Shown: positions 1 through 13,555 of the stretch, one piece after another
How positions within the stretch are numbered: the first letter of the stretch is position 1
Layout of the letters: each line of letters starts with the position of its first letter
Origin: an uncultured delta proteobacterium
Lineage (GTDB): Bacteria > Myxococcota > Myxococcia > Myxococcales > Anaeromyxobacteraceae
NCBI GenBank assembly: GCA_963766715.1
Contig: CAVYBH010000008.1
Span: forward strand, 256,001-320,000
Direction: 5' to 3'
Length of the DNA: 64,000 nucleotides
Notes under the pieces: model-generated
Seen by the model: only the letters and a program-made list of their open reading frames with translations
The model's database searches: none
Told to the model about the DNA's origin: nothing
Made by a program: the position numbers and the translations under genes

Positions 1-1533
<1,533 letters not shown>

Positions 1534-1557
1534 GCCGGGAGGCGGAGGTCACTCGAC

Positions 1558-2160
1558 GTGGACCTTCGGCTCTTCGTCGCCCTCGTCCCTCCCGAGCCGG
1601 TGCGGCGGGAGCTGGTCGCCTGGCAGGCCGACCTCCGCCGCCGCGCGGGGCAGCGGGCCGACGACCTTCGCTTCACGCCGGCCGACCGGCTCCACGTCAC
1701 GCTCCGGTTCCTCGGCGCGGTCCCCGAGGAGCGCGTGCCCGCCATCGGCGAGGCGGTGGCCGCGGCGGCGGCCCGGTCGCGGCCGCTCCTCCTCGAGGTG
1801 GCGGGAGCCGGCGGCTTCCCGAACGCGCGGCGCCCGCGCGTGGTGTGGCGGGGCGTGCGGGACGACGCGGGCGGGCTCGCCGCCCTGGCGGCGGACCTGG
1901 GGCGGAGGCTCGAGCCGCTGGGGTTCCCGGCGGAGGAGCGCCCGCTCGTGCCTCACTTCACCGTGGGTCGATCGCGCGGGGCGCACGGCGCGCCGGGGTT
2001 GTGCGAGGCCATCGCCGGCGCCTCCTCCGCGGCGGCCGTCCCGTGGCGTGCGACGGAGGTCTGCCTCTTCCGCTCCCACCTCGGGCGGGCGGGGGCGCGC
2101 CACGAGGTCCTGGCCCGGTTCCCGCTCGGTCGGGCCGGAGGCGACGAGGGAGCGAAATAG
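1558..2160 (+). CDS. thpR: RNA 2',3'-cyclic phosphodiesterase (2H phosphoesterase, 2'-5' RNA ligase family)
   Basis: RLFVAL start, two HxT motifs ([15 protein letters not shown]), GGFP..RPRVVW; typical neighbour of recA. Confidence 0.92.
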   Translation: MDLRLFVALVPPEPVRRELVAWQADLRRRAGQRADDLRFTPADRLHVTLRFLGAVPEERVPAIGEAVAAAAARSRPLLLEVAGAGGFPNARRPRVVWRGVRDDAGGLAALAADLGRRLEPLGFPAEERPLVPHFTVGRSRGAHGAPGLCEAIAGASSAAAVPWRATEVCLFRSHLGRAGARHEVLARFPLGRAGGDEGAK

Positions 2161-2202
2161 GCGGGCGACCTCTCCGTAGGTGGATGCACAAGGAGAAACG
2201 CC

Positions 2203-2277
2203 ATGAGAAACCTCGCCGTCGTCGCCTTCGCCCTCGCCCTGCAGATCGGCTTCCTCGTCCAGATCGCGTCGCTGTAG
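2203..2277 (+). CDS. Small hydrophobic protein, copy 1 ([24 protein letters not shown], 24 aa)
   Basis: AAGGAG RBS just upstream of ATG, host-like GC3-rich codons, conserved in the second copy. Confidence 0.7.
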   Translation: MRNLAVVAFALALQIGFLVQIASL

Positions 2278-2370
2278 GGGACCCGTCCGCCGCCTGGCCC
2301 GCTTCGGCGGGAACGCGGGCTGAAATAGGCGGACGACCTCCCCGTAGGTGGATGCACAAGGAGAAACGCC

Positions 2371-2445
2371 ATGAGAAACCTCGCCGTCGTCGCCTTCGCC
2401 CTCGCCCTGCAGATCGGCTTCCTCGTCCAGATCGCCGCGCTCTAG
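2371..2445 (+). CDS. Small hydrophobic protein, copy 2 ([24 protein letters not shown], 24 aa)
   Basis: Same RBS, start and stop position as copy 1; stop overlaps the stop of the convergent exonuclease (CTAG). Confidence 0.7.
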   Translation: MRNLAVVAFALALQIGFLVQIAAL

Positions 2446-3332
2446 CTCCCCTCCCCCGCCGTCCGGCGCCGCGTCGCCGTGAGCAGCCGGTCGGCCCCCA
2501 TCCGCGCGCACCATTCCTCGAAGCGGTCGCGCGGAATCCCGGTCCAGCGAAGCTCGTCGAACGACTCCTCCAGCGGAACGCTGGAGACGAGGGTGGCGAG
2601 CCGCCGGTAGAGCAGGACGTCCTCCTGCCCGGACGCGAGCGTCGCCGCCAGCGCCGCCGCGCCCCGGACCCCGGGCGGCCACGACCCGGCCTCGTGCGGG
2701 ATGGCCTCGAGGTGGACGTGGGCGGCGAGCAGGGCCGCCGCGGTCTTCTCCCCGAATCCGGGCAGCCCCGGGATCCCGTCGGCGGTGTCGCCCACCAGCG
2801 CGAGGAAGTCGGGCACGCTCTCCGGCCCGATCCCGCGCCGCGCGCGAAGCGCGGCCTCGTCGATGACCCGGCCGCGGATGCGGTCCACCTGCACCACCCG
2901 GGATCCCTCCAGGCACTGTCCCAGGTCCTTGTCCGGCGTGAGGATCCGGACCTGCTCCACCTGGTCCCGGAATCGCGCGGCGGCCGTGGCCAGCGCGTCG
3001 TCGGCCTCGAACTCCCGCATGGACCAGACGACCAGGCCGAGCGCGCGCGCCGCCTCCTCGGCGGCGTCGAACTGGGCGAGCAGCTCGGGCGGGACGCCCT
3101 CCTCGGTCTTGTAGCCGGGGAAGAGGTCGTTCCGGAAGGAGCGGATGGGGTTGTCGAAGGCGACGGCCACGTGGCTGACCGCCTCACCGGGGTCGTGGAG
3201 CAGGGCGAGGAGGTTCGTCGCCAGGCCGACCACCGCCTTCGCCTCGACCCCGGCGGGGGTCCGGTGCCCGGGCCGCTTCGTGAAGTGGGCCCGGAACAGC
3301 TCGAAGGTGCCGTCGACCAGGTGGAGGCGCAT
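2442..3332 (-). CDS. Stand-alone 5'-3' exonuclease / flap endonuclease (PolA N-terminal-like)
   Basis: [50 protein letters not shown] (H3TH) motifs. Confidence 0.92.
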   Translation of the reverse strand: MRLHLVDGTFELFRAHFTKRPGHRTPAGVEAKAVVGLATNLLALLHDPGEAVSHVAVAFDNPIRSFRNDLFPGYKTEEGVPPELLAQFDAAEEAARALGLVVWSMREFEADDALATAAARFRDQVEQVRILTPDKDLGQCLEGSRVVQVDRIRGRVIDEAALRARRGIGPESVPDFLALVGDTADGIPGLPGFGEKTAAALLAAHVHLEAIPHEAGSWPPGVRGAAALAATLASGQEDVLLYRRLATLVSSVPLEESFDELRWTGIPRDRFEEWCARMGADRLLTATRRRTAGEGS

Positions 3333-3371
3333 GCCGGGGCGTATCGGGGCGGGCCGGCCGGCGCCATTCGC

Positions 3372-3399
3372 TTGCGTTCGAACGGATGTTCAGTATCCT
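3372..3399 (+). promoter_or_regulatory. Putative recA sigma70 promoter (TTGCGT-N16-TATCCT) with a LexA-box-like GAAC-N4-GTTC in the spacer
   Basis: CGAACGGATGTTCAG at 3379-3393; degenerate second copy CGAACGGACGTACG at 3455-3468. Confidence 0.7.
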
Positions 3400-3498
3400 T
3401 CCGTTCAGGTGCGGTGTCGGACCCCCCTGCTATGAGGCGGGTCGTCGGAACGAACGAACGGACGTACGAGGGGGCGCGGCGCGCCCCGACAAGGAGCG

Positions 3499-4581
<1,083 letters not shown>

Positions 4582-4638
4582 CGGCCGTCCCGGGAGGGAG
4601 TCCCACCGCGGCGCCGCGCAGGGTACACTCGGCGTTCC

Positions 4639-6032
4639 ATGGGTGGGCCCCTCGACACGAAGGACTGGCTGGCCACGGCGATCGACGCCCGGCTGGCCGA
4701 CCACGACCCGGCGGCCGTCCGGGGGCGGCTGCCGCGCGAGTTGCGCGACTCCGACCCGGAGGGGCCCGACGTCGAGGCCCGGGCGCGCATGCTGGTGGCC
4801 CGTTCGCTCCGTCACCGGCTCCTCGACCGGCAGGCACAGCGACGACGAGTCCGCGGTCGGGACGATGGACGGCCACGTCGGCATGATCCTCGACCTGGCC
4901 GCCCTCCTCGACGTCCCGTACGAGCGCGACCTGCGGCGGGCCGAGCTGGCCGCCATCCTGGCCGCGGGCTCGGGCGACATCGCGCTCGGGCTCAAGGCCG
5001 CTCCGGCCAAGGGCGTCCCCCCCTCCCCGGCCGTCGTCCGGCGCGCCCTGGTGAAGGCGGGAGAGCGGTTGCTCCGCGTCCACTTCCCCCCGGAGACCCC
5101 GCCAACGGGTTGCCCCTCTACGCGGGGACGGTGACCATCCAGCGGCGGCTCCTGGCCCGGATGGCGCTCGACTACTTCCAGGGGGGCGGGCTCGACGCCG
5201 ACGCCGCCATCGCCGACCTCGACCAGGCCCGGGAGGAGGAGTTGCTCCTCGTCGAGGCGCTCGCCGGGCTCGCCACGGCCAATCCCCTGCTCCCTCGCCC
5301 CGACCGGCGCGTCGTGTCCCGGCAGGTCGAGCGCATCGGCCTCGACCGGGAACGGGTCCAGGCGGCCCGCGCCGCCGCGGCCTCCCCCCGGGATCCGGAA
5401 GAGATCGTCGCCGACACCCCCCCTCGGCTGCGGAACTTCCTGGCGGAGCAGATCCTTCTCGCCTCCCTCGGCATGGCGGCCGGCTCCACGCCCCGGGCCG
5501 AGTACGTGGCCCGCTTCGCCGCGGCCGCCGAGATCCCCCCGAGCGGCTGGCCGCCATGCAGGTGGAGGCGGCCGCCTTCCACGCCGACCACCAGGAGTGG
5601 TTCCGGGCCTTCGGCCTGCCGGCCGAGGCCGAATGGGGCGAGCTCGCCGACGAGTGGAACGAGTTCGGGGAGCGGATGGTGGACAAGGTGGCCACGGTCG
5701 TCACCGAGAACCTGGACGCCATCGCGGTGGAGTTCCGCGAGACCGGCGAGCTGGGATCGCTGCTCGCCAAGGCCGCTGCCGGGCAGCCGCTCGACGCCAG
5801 CGAGCGGAAGAAGGTGAAGGAGCAGCTCATCGACCTGGCCAAGGCGGTGCCGGCGCTCGCCATCTTCGCGGCGCCGGGCGGCATGGTCCTGCTCCCGCTG
5901 CTCGCCAAGCTCCTTCCCTTCGACCTTCTCCCCTCGGCCTTCGTCTCCAAGCGCGAGGCCTCCCGGGAGGCCGCCCGGAAGGAGCGGGACGCGGCCGCCC
6001 AGCGGCGCAAGACCGTGCGCGGCAAGACCTGA
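4639..6032 (+). CDS. Conserved protein with LETM1-like C-terminal domain (several frameshifts)
   Basis: Fragments in three frames; C-terminus [47 protein letters not shown] resembles bacterial LETM1-related proteins. Confidence 0.65.
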
Positions 6033-6064
6033 GCGCCGCCCGCTTCCGCGGTATACCTCCGCCC

Positions 6065-6991
6065 ATGCGCATCGCCTTCCTCGGCACGCCGGCCTTCGCC
6101 GTCCCGTCGCTCGACGCGCTCCAGGGGGCCGGCCACGAGGTCGTGGCCGTGGTGGCCCAGCCCGATCGCCCCGCGGGGCGGGGCCAGGAGCTCCGCGAGC
6201 CGGCCACCAAGGCGTGGGCGCGGGCGCGGGGCGTGCCCGTGCTGCAGCCGCTCAAGGTGAGGGACGGCGCGCTGGCCGCGGCGCTCGGGGCGCTGGCGCC
6301 GGACCTGCTCGTGGTCGTGGCCTACGGGCGCATCCTGGGCGAGGACCTCCTCGGGCTGGCGCCCCAGGGCGCGGTGAACGTCCACGCCTCGCTCCTCCCC
6401 CGGTTCCGGGGCGCGGCGCCCATCCAGTGGGCCGTCGCGGAGGGAGAGCGGGAGACCGGCGTCACCATCATGCAGATGGACGCCGGGCTCGACACCGGCG
6501 ACATCCTCCTGCAGCGCGCGCTCCTCGTCGGCGAGGACGACGCCGAGGCCCTCGCCATCCGCCTCGCGGCCCTGGGCGGCGAGGCCCTGGTGACCGCGCT
6601 TCGCCTCCTCGAGGAGGGGCGGATCCTGCCGGTCCGGCAGGACGGCGCGCGCGCCACGCTGGCCCCCGTGCTGGAGAAGGAGCACGCGCGGCTCGACTTC
6701 CGGCTCCCCGCGGCGCGGCTCGCCGCCCGGATCCTCGGCTTCCGCCCCTGGCCGGGCGCCTTCACCACGCTCGGCGGACGCACGCTCAAGGTCCACGCGG
6801 CCGCGCCCGCCGACGGCGCCGGGCTCGCCCCTGGCGCGGCCCGGGCCACGCCAGGCGGGCTGCTCGTCGGGTGCGGAGACGGCTCCGGGCTGCTCCTGCG
6901 GGAGGTGCAGCTGGAGGGAAAGCGCCGGGTCCCGGCGGCCGAGTTCCTGATGGGCCACCCCCTTCCCGCCGGCGCGGTGCTGGGCACATGA
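6065..6991 (+). CDS. fmt: Methionyl-tRNA formyltransferase
   Basis: [46 protein letters not shown]. Confidence 0.97.
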   Translation: MRIAFLGTPAFAVPSLDALQGAGHEVVAVVAQPDRPAGRGQELREPATKAWARARGVPVLQPLKVRDGALAAALGALAPDLLVVVAYGRILGEDLLGLAPQGAVNVHASLLPRFRGAAPIQWAVAEGERETGVTIMQMDAGLDTGDILLQRALLVGEDDAEALAIRLAALGGEALVTALRLLEEGRILPVRQDGARATLAPVLEKEHARLDFRLPAARLAARILGFRPWPGAFTTLGGRTLKVHAAAPADGAGLAPGAARATPGGLLVGCGDGSGLLLREVQLEGKRRVPAAEFLMGHPLPAGAVLGT

Positions 6992-8310
6992 ACGCGAGGG
7001 AGATCGCCTTCGACGTGCTCCGGCGGGTCGAGGAGGGCGGGGCCTACGCCTCGAGAGCCCTCGACGCGGCCCTCGGCCAGGCCGGGGCCATCGACCCGAG
7101 GGAGTCGGCGCTCGCCACCGAGCTCGTCTACGGCACCCTTCGCCGCGCCCTCCAGCTCGACGCGGCCCTGGCGCCGCACTCGCGGCGGGCGACCGACCGG
7201 GTCGACCCGGCCGCCCGCGTCGCGCTCCGGCTCGGGGCCTACCAACTGCTCTTCCTGCGAACCCCGTCCCACGCCGCGGTCGGGGAGAGCGTGGCGCTCG
7301 TGAAGGGGGTCGACCACGGCCGGGCCGCGGGGTACGTGAACGCGGTCCTCCGGTCGCTCTCCCGCGCCCCCTCCCCTCCCTCGCCGCCGCCCGCGGACCT
7401 CGACCCGGTCGCGAACCTGGCCGTGTCGGAGTCGCTGCCCGGCTGGCTCGCCGCAGAGTGGATCGCCTGGCTCGGCCCGGAGCGGGCCCGGACGCTGGCG
7501 GCGGCGATGAACCGCCCGGCGCCGCTCGTCCTGCGCTCGCCGCGGCGGGAGGAGCTGCTCGCCCGGCTCGCCGGGGCCGGGATCGCGTCCCGCGCCACCA
7601 ATCGCTCGCCCCATGGCGTGGCCGTCGAGGGCACCTCGGTGGAGCAGGTGTCCCGCGCCGCGGCGGGCATCCCGTTCCAGGTCCAGGACGAGTCGGCCCA
7701 GCTGGTCACCCTCTTCGCGGCCGCGGATCTCGCGGGCGGGCCGCCGGTGAGGGTCCTCGACCTCTGCGCGGCGCCGGGCGGGAAGGCCTTCCACCTGGCC
7801 GAGATCCTTCCGCCCGGGTCCGAGGTGGTGGCGGTCGAGATCCACCCGCGCAAGGCGGACGCGCTCCGGCGGGAGGCCGAGAGCCGCGGTCACGCCGGCC
7901 TGCGCGTCCTCTGCGCCGACGGCTCGAAGCCCATCCCGGGCATCGAGCCCGGCAGCTTCGACGCGGTGCTCGTCGACGCGCCCTGCGCCGGACTGGGGAC
8001 GCTGCGCCGCCACCCCGAGCTGAAGCTCCGTCGGGTCGCCGCCGACCTCCCGCGCTTCGCCAATCTCCAGCAGGCCATCCTCGCGAACGCCCTGCGCTAC
8101 GCGAAGCCGGGCGCCGCGGTGACCTACTCGGTCTGCTCCCTCTCCCGGGCCGAGGGGCCCGCGCTCGTCGCCCGGTTCGCCGGGAGCACCCGGAGGTCCC
8201 CGCCGCCGCCGCTCGTCCCGGCGGACCTGCTCACCCCCGAGGGCGACCTCCTCACCCTGCCCGACCGGCACGCCGGCGACGGCTTCTACGCCGCGCGGCT
8301 CGTGGTCTAG
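6988..8310 (+). CDS. rsmB: 16S rRNA (cytosine967-C5)-methyltransferase
   Basis: NusB-like N-terminus ([16 protein letters not shown]), [38 protein letters not shown]; follows fmt with ATGA overlap. Confidence 0.93.
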   Translation: MNAREIAFDVLRRVEEGGAYASRALDAALGQAGAIDPRESALATELVYGTLRRALQLDAALAPHSRRATDRVDPAARVALRLGAYQLLFLRTPSHAAVGESVALVKGVDHGRAAGYVNAVLRSLSRAPSPPSPPPADLDPVANLAVSESLPGWLAAEWIAWLGPERARTLAAAMNRPAPLVLRSPRREELLARLAGAGIASRATNRSPHGVAVEGTSVEQVSRAAAGIPFQVQDESAQLVTLFAAADLAGGPPVRVLDLCAAPGGKAFHLAEILPPGSEVVAVEIHPRKADALRREAESRGHAGLRVLCADGSKPIPGIEPGSFDAVLVDAPCAGLGTLRRHPELKLRRVAADLPRFANLQQAILANALRYAKPGAAVTYSVCSLSRAEGPALVARFAGSTRRSPPPPLVPADLLTPEGDLLTLPDRHAGDGFYAARLVV

Positions 8311-8318
8311 ACTGCCCC

Positions 8319-8993
8319 ATGCGCATGCCCATCCGCATCGCCCCCTCCATCCTCTCGGCCGACTTCGGCCGGCTCGCCGACGAGGTCCGCGCCGTCGAGG
8401 CCGGCGGCGCCGACTGGATCCACGTCGACGTCATGGACGGACGGTTCGTCCCCAACATCACCATCGGTCCGCTGGTCGTCGAGGCGGTGCGGAAGGTGAC
8501 GAAGCTGCCGGTCGACGTGCACCTCATGATCGTCGAGCCGGAGCGGTACGTGGAGGCCTTCGCGAAGGCGGGCGCCGACCTGATCTCCGTGCACGCGGAG
8601 GTCTCGCCCCACCTCCACCGGACGATCCAGGCCATCCGGGGCGCCGGCGCCCGGCCGTCGGTCTCGCTCAACCCGGCCACGCCCCTCGACTGCCTCGAGT
8701 ACGTGCTCGGCGATCTCGACATGGTGCTCCTCATGACCGTCAACCCGGGCTTCGGCGGGCAGAGCTACATCCCCGCCGTGACCGAGAAGGTGCGGCGGCT
8801 CCGGCGCATGGCCGACGAGCGCGGCCAGCAGCTGGAGATCCAGGTGGACGGCGGCATCAAGCCCTCCACCGTGGGCGCGGTGGCGGAAGCCGGTGCGAAC
8901 GCCTTCGTGGCCGGCACGGCGGTCTTCGGCGCGAGCGACTATCGTGCGGCCATCCAGGCCATCCGCGTCGCGGCCGAGCGCGGCCAGGCCTAG
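8319..8993 (+). CDS. rpe: Ribulose-phosphate 3-epimerase
   Basis: [41 protein letters not shown]. Confidence 0.98.
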   Translation: MRMPIRIAPSILSADFGRLADEVRAVEAGGADWIHVDVMDGRFVPNITIGPLVVEAVRKVTKLPVDVHLMIVEPERYVEAFAKAGADLISVHAEVSPHLHRTIQAIRGAGARPSVSLNPATPLDCLEYVLGDLDMVLLMTVNPGFGGQSYIPAVTEKVRRLRRMADERGQQLEIQVDGGIKPSTVGAVAEAGANAFVAGTAVFGASDYRAAIQAIRVAAERGQA

Positions 8994-9029
8994 GGCGCAT
9001 CCCACGGCCTCCGGCTCTCGCCGGGGCCG

Positions 9030-9662
9030 CTACCGGGGGAAGGCCCGCCGGATCTCCGGATGGGCCCCGAGCTCCTCGAGCGCCCGCCCGAGGAGCGACT
9101 TCCCGGGCTCGACCTTGAACCAGGTGGAGGCCCCGCTGGGATGGGGCAGCGGGATCACGTCCACGGCCACCCCGTGATACTCGAGGTGAATCCGGCGCCC
9201 CACCACCTCGTCGAGGCGGGGGCCGCGCCCCAGCACCTGCTCGATGGCGAGGCGGCCCACCGGGATGACCAGCCGGGGGCGCAGGATGTCCACCTCGCGG
9301 GCCAGGAAGCCGCGGCTGGCCTCGATCTCGGCCGGCGAGGGAACCCGGTCGCCGCCCCCGCTCGTCTTGCCCGGGAAGGCGCGCACCACCGCGGCCATGT
9401 AGACCCGCTCGCGGAACTGGTCCTCGGTGGCGCCGAAGGAGCGCCCCATCCAGGCGAAGAGCGTCTTGCCCGCGGTCCAGGCGAAGGGGCGGCCGAACTT
9501 CGCCTCGTGCGGCCCGGGCGCCTGGCCGAGCAGGAACACGCGGGAGAGGACCGGCGGCCCGTGGACCGGCGGCCCGGCGAAGCCCGGCATGCGCAGCGCG
9601 CGGATGTCGCGCTGGACCTCCTCGAGCGCCGCCTCGCGTGCGGCCCGGCTCAGTCGCGCCAC
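9030..9662 (-). CDS. Uracil-DNA glycosylase superfamily protein
   Basis: LLGQAPGPHE..GRPF, FPGK..GGDRVP, LPHPSGAS; GTG start with GAGGAG RBS. Confidence 0.85.
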   Translation of the reverse strand: MARLSRAAREAALEEVQRDIRALRMPGFAGPPVHGPPVLSRVFLLGQAPGPHEAKFGRPFAWTAGKTLFAWMGRSFGATEDQFRERVYMAAVVRAFPGKTSGGGDRVPSPAEIEASRGFLAREVDILRPRLVIPVGRLAIEQVLGRGPRLDEVVGRRIHLEYHGVAVDVIPLPHPSGASTWFKVEPGKSLLGRALEELGAHPEIRRAFPR

Positions 9663-10586
9663 GGCTCCTCGGGGACCGAGTAGATCCAGCCCTCGCTGCG
9701 CGGGACGTTGTGGGGCACCTGCTCGAACGAGCCCGACTGCGCCGAGGCGGCCGCCACCGCGCCCAGGACCGCGTCGAGGTGCACGCCGTTCCCGTCGCCC
9801 ACGATCTGCGCGGCCTGCTCCATCTCGAAGCGGAGCCGCGCCGCGCTCCGCAGGAGCCTCAGCAGGCCCGCCCGGATTCCGGGGCGGCCGGCGCCGTCGC
9901 CGTCCCGGTAGCCGCAGAATCCCGGCCAGCGTCCGCGGGACATGCGCCGGGTGGACCTCGACGACGGTGGGCCGGTCCGGTCGAGGTGCGTCCCAGGGCA
10001 GGATCGCGGCCTCCATCCCGGACAGGGCCACGATCCCGAAGACGGCGCGTCGCATGGCGGTGGTCCGCCCGGACGGCGGGACGACGGCGCGATAGCAGTC
10101 GGTGACGCGCGGGCGGTCGCGCCCCACCTCGCCCCGGACCGCGTCGGCCGCCGCGCCCACGTCGGCGCCGGCCGGCATGTAGCGCTCGGCCAGCGCACGC
10201 CCCAGCGCACCGGGCCCGGCGATGGCCTGCCGCAGGATGCCCAGCTGGCGGAGGTGGGTCTCGGCCAGGCTGAAGGGAAAGTCGAAGCCGACCGTGAGTC
10301 GCCCCTTCGCGGCGCGCGACTCGTCGGCGAGCCAGTCGCCGATCCGGGCGATGACCTCGAGCCGGGCCGGGGTGTCGAGGAAAGGGCGCCAGAGCCGGGC
10401 CAGCCGGACCCGGTCGGGCTCGCACTCCAGCTGCGCCGCGACGATCTGCCCGCCTGCGCCCATCGCGGCGCTCCAGGCCACGCCCACGAAGGTGCCGCGC
10501 GCCGGCATCGCCAGCCTGGGCTGCGGGCACCGTCCGGGGATCCCCGGGGAGGGGCTCTCCTCGTCGTCTGCGGGTGGGCGGGCCAT
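9650..10586 (-). CDS. DUF429-like (predicted RNase H-fold) protein, frameshift near 9920
   Basis: FVGVAWS, VGFDFPF, VVEVHP, LDAVLGA, C-terminal EGWI motif. Confidence 0.65.
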
Positions 10587-10683
10587 GAGAGGCACGTCTA
10601 CCCGCACCGGGGCCTGGGGGCAAACCTCGGGCGGGGCGGATCCCCTGCTGGGCCGGCGCCCGGGCCCGGCGTACCATCCCCGC

Positions 10684-11552
10684 GTGAGCGCTCCCGACGA
10701 CCTGCCCGTCCGGGGCGGCCTGCACCGCCTCGTCGATCGCCTGGCGATGGCGGCCGAGGACCGGGTGAGCCGGCCGCCGGTCCCCTGGCGAGCGGGGCCG
10801 GCGGGCCCCCTCGATCCCTTCGGTCCCCCGGGGCGCCTGCCCCCGCTGCGGGTGACCGGCGCGTCGCGCCCGCGCCGGGGCACGGCAATCCTCCTGCCCC
10901 CGTGGAAGTTCCGGAGTCCGGTCGTCCTCTCCGGCTGGGTCCGCTCGCTCGCCCGGTCCGGGCTCGAGGTGTGGCTGGCGGTCCCCCCCTCCACCTGGAG
11001 AGAACGCCGCCGGGAGGGCGCAGCGGAGAGGGCGTGGTCTCGCCCGACCTGGACCGGATGCGCGGGGTGCTCGAGCAGGCGGTGCTCGAGGCCAGGGCCT
11101 GCGCCGTCCGGGCCTCGGCGCTGGGCGGGGAGGTCGCCGTGGTGGGGCTCTCCTTCGGCGCGCTGGTGGCCGCCTGGGTGGCGACGGGCCCGGAGCGCGT
11201 CGACCGGGTCGCGCTCGTGGCGCCGCCGGCGGACCTGGGGGCCGTCTTCCGCGACACGCCCATCGGCGGCCGGTACGCGGCGCTGGCGGAGCGCGCCGGT
11301 GCGCCCTTGCCGGCCGGCGACGAGCTCGAGCGGCGGCTCGACTGGCTCGTCCCGCTGGGCCGGCGCCCGACCTGCGGCCGCGTCCTCGTGGCCGGCGGCG
11401 CGCACGACGCCATCGCGGTGGGCGGTGCGCAGGCCATCGCCCGGGCCTGGGGGGTGCCGCTCCGCGAGTTCCCCCGCGGGCACCTGACCTTGCTCTTCGG
11501 CTGCCCGGGCGTGCGGCGCGAGGTGGCGCGCTTCGCCGCGGGCGCCGACTGA
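10684..11552 (+). CDS. Alpha/beta hydrolase (frameshift near 10990)
   Basis: VVGLSFG (GxSxG), GGAHDAI and RGHLT triad candidates. Confidence 0.7.
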
Positions 11553-11565
11553 CGCCGGACGCCTC

Positions 11566-12558
11566 CTAGGGCTTCTTCCCGGCCCGCTGCGCGTCGCGGA
11601 GCGCCTTCACCTCGTCGAAGAACGCGGCCGGGACCACCTCGCCCCGCACGACCGGCCAGGACTTCTCGGCGACCGCGCGCCAGGCGGCGGCGTCGACCTT
11701 CACCACCTTGAGCCCCTGCTTCTCCATGGCGGCGACCGCATCCACGTTGAGCCGGGCCACCTCGTCGTCGACCTTCTTGCCGAGCTCCTTGGCGATGGCG
11801 AGGAGCTTGGGGCGGAGGTCGGCGGGGATCTTGTCCCAGGCGTCCTTGCGGATCACGGTGGCCCCCACCAGCCAGCCCCAGTTCACGTCGATCATGTACG
11901 GGGCCTTCTCGAAGAGGCGCGCGGTGAGGACGTAGAGGGGCACGTTGGGGATGCAGTCGATCATGCCGGTCTGGAGGGAGGTGATCACGTCGGTGGAGGA
12001 GAGCACCACCGGGTTGAAGCCGGCCGCCTTCCAGGCCTTCACGCTGCCGGGATCGCCTTCCCAGGCGAAGATCTTGGCGCCTGCCGCCTCGGCCGGCGTC
12101 TTGAAGGGCTTCGTGCAGAAGAGCTTGATGGCGCCGATGGCCCCCCAGGTCAGCGAGACGTAGCCCTTCTTCTCGAGCAGCGCGTCGAGCTTGGGCTCGA
12201 GCACGGGCAGCGCCCGCTGCAGCTCGGCGGCGCTGTCGAACATGAGGGGGGCGGCGAGCGCCTGCGGCTCGGCCGCGATGTCGTGGAGACCGACGGTGGT
12301 GACGGCGGCGCCCTGGAGCTGCCCCACCGCCATCTTCCGCACCATCTCGCCCTCGTTGCCCTGGGTGCCTCCGGCGTAGACGCGGAGCTTCACCGTGCCG
12401 TTCGAGGCCTGGCTCCACTTCTCGGCCATCTCCTTCAGGATCTCGTGCCAGGTCGATCCGTTGGGGGCGAGCGTGCCCAGCTTCACCTGCACCTGCTGCT
12501 GGGCCATGGCCGGGACGGCGACGGCGAGGCAGACCGCTGCGAGAAGGGTCTTCTTCAC
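11566..12558 (-). CDS. dctP: TRAP transporter substrate-binding protein (DctP family, TPAT type)
   Basis: Signal peptide, VKLGTLAPNGSTW, YAGGTQGNEGEMVRKM. Confidence 0.92.
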   Translation of the reverse strand: MKKTLLAAVCLAVAVPAMAQQQVQVKLGTLAPNGSTWHEILKEMAEKWSQASNGTVKLRVYAGGTQGNEGEMVRKMAVGQLQGAAVTTVGLHDIAAEPQALAAPLMFDSAAELQRALPVLEPKLDALLEKKGYVSLTWGAIGAIKLFCTKPFKTPAEAAGAKIFAWEGDPGSVKAWKAAGFNPVVLSSTDVITSLQTGMIDCIPNVPLYVLTARLFEKAPYMIDVNWGWLVGATVIRKDAWDKIPADLRPKLLAIAKELGKKVDDEVARLNVDAVAAMEKQGLKVVKVDAAAWRAVAEKSWPVVRGEVVPAAFFDEVKALRDAQRAGKKP

Positions 12559-12575
12559 TTTGAGTATCTCCCGTT

Positions 12576-13490
12576 TCAGCTGAAGAGGTCGTCGGCGTGG
12601 TCGAGCAGCGCGCGGGCGCGGCGCTGGGCCAGCACGTTGGCGAGGCGGAACTCGGGGGCGGCGTCCACGTCGGCGGCCAGCACCTGCTTCAGGATCCGCT
12701 CGAACTCCTGGCGGTTCTGCTGGTGGACGAGCACCGTCTCGGCGTAGCTCACCTGCGCGCCCAGCTTCCTGCCGCCGGAGAGCTGCAGGGCGCGGTCGAG
12801 ATAGGCCCGGGCGACCGCGGCGCCGCCGCCCTCGGCGGGCGTCCGGGTTCCCTCGTAGGTGACGAAGAACTCCTGGAACGCGCCGTGGTCGAAGCCGTAG
12901 TCGAGGGCCATGCCCCGGCGCATCATCGCCACCGGGGCGGGAAGCTCGGAGACCAGCCCCATGTCCGTCTTGCCGTTCGAGATGGCGAGCGCCCAGGCGG
13001 CGGCGGTCCAGTAGAGGACCCGCGCATCCTCCGGCCCGAGCAGCTCGAGCGTGGGCTCGAGATCGCGCGCGGAGAGGAGCTTCTTCGTGATGCCCTTGTA
13101 GCGCCCCTCGAGCGCCCGGAGCCCGTAGTTCCGGGCGCGCAGGAAGAGCTTCTTCGCGCGCTCGTGCCCCTCCCGGGCCTGGACGGTGCGCCCCGCCATC
13201 TCGTCCATGTCGGCGTCCTGGAGCACGAAGGCCCAGGCGTACTGGGTGTAGCTGGAGGCGAGGCTGACGAGGAGCTGGTCGTCGTCGGGGATCTCGGCGA
13301 CGAGCCCGTCCATCGTCTTCAGGCCGAAGGGAACGGCGGCGCGCACCAGCTCGGGATCGTCCTCGCGGGCCATCACGTCGCCGCTGCCGGCGAACGCACC
13401 CGCGGCGATCTTGGCGCCCGTATACCTGCAGCCGGCCAGCAGGAGGGGCGCGATCGACACGACGAGGAGCCTGTTTTTCCAGGTTTTCAC
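12576..13490 (-). CDS. TRAP transporter TatT-component family lipoprotein
   Basis: LLLAGC lipobox, EDDPELVRAAVPFGLK, YTQYAWAFV, terminal RARALL..ADDLF; adjacent to dctP. Confidence 0.88.
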   Translation of the reverse strand: MKTWKNRLLVVSIAPLLLAGCRYTGAKIAAGAFAGSGDVMAREDDPELVRAAVPFGLKTMDGLVAEIPDDDQLLVSLASSYTQYAWAFVLQDADMDEMAGRTVQAREGHERAKKLFLRARNYGLRALEGRYKGITKKLLSARDLEPTLELLGPEDARVLYWTAAAWALAISNGKTDMGLVSELPAPVAMMRRGMALDYGFDHGAFQEFFVTYEGTRTPAEGGGAAVARAYLDRALQLSGGRKLGAQVSYAETVLVHQQNRQEFERILKQVLAADVDAAPEFRLANVLAQRRARALLDHADDLFS

Positions 13491-13555
13491 GGGGTTCGCG
13501 TGCTATCTCTAAGCGCCTCCTCGCGGGTCGTCAATCGCGACACCCATGTGACGAC

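Larger units (their letters stand above)
2154..2445 (+). repeat. Tandem direct repeat, two ~124-bp copies at a 168-bp period (2154-2277, 2322-2445)
   Basis: Near-identical GAAATAGGCGG...CCGTAGGTGGATGCACAAGGAGAAACGCCATGAGAAACCTCGCC...TAG units. Confidence 0.97.

Noticed and set aside
2154..2445. Repeat as CRISPR array or insertion-sequence ends
   Set aside because: Only two long units, each containing an RBS and ORF; no spacers, cas genes, transposase or inverted termini.
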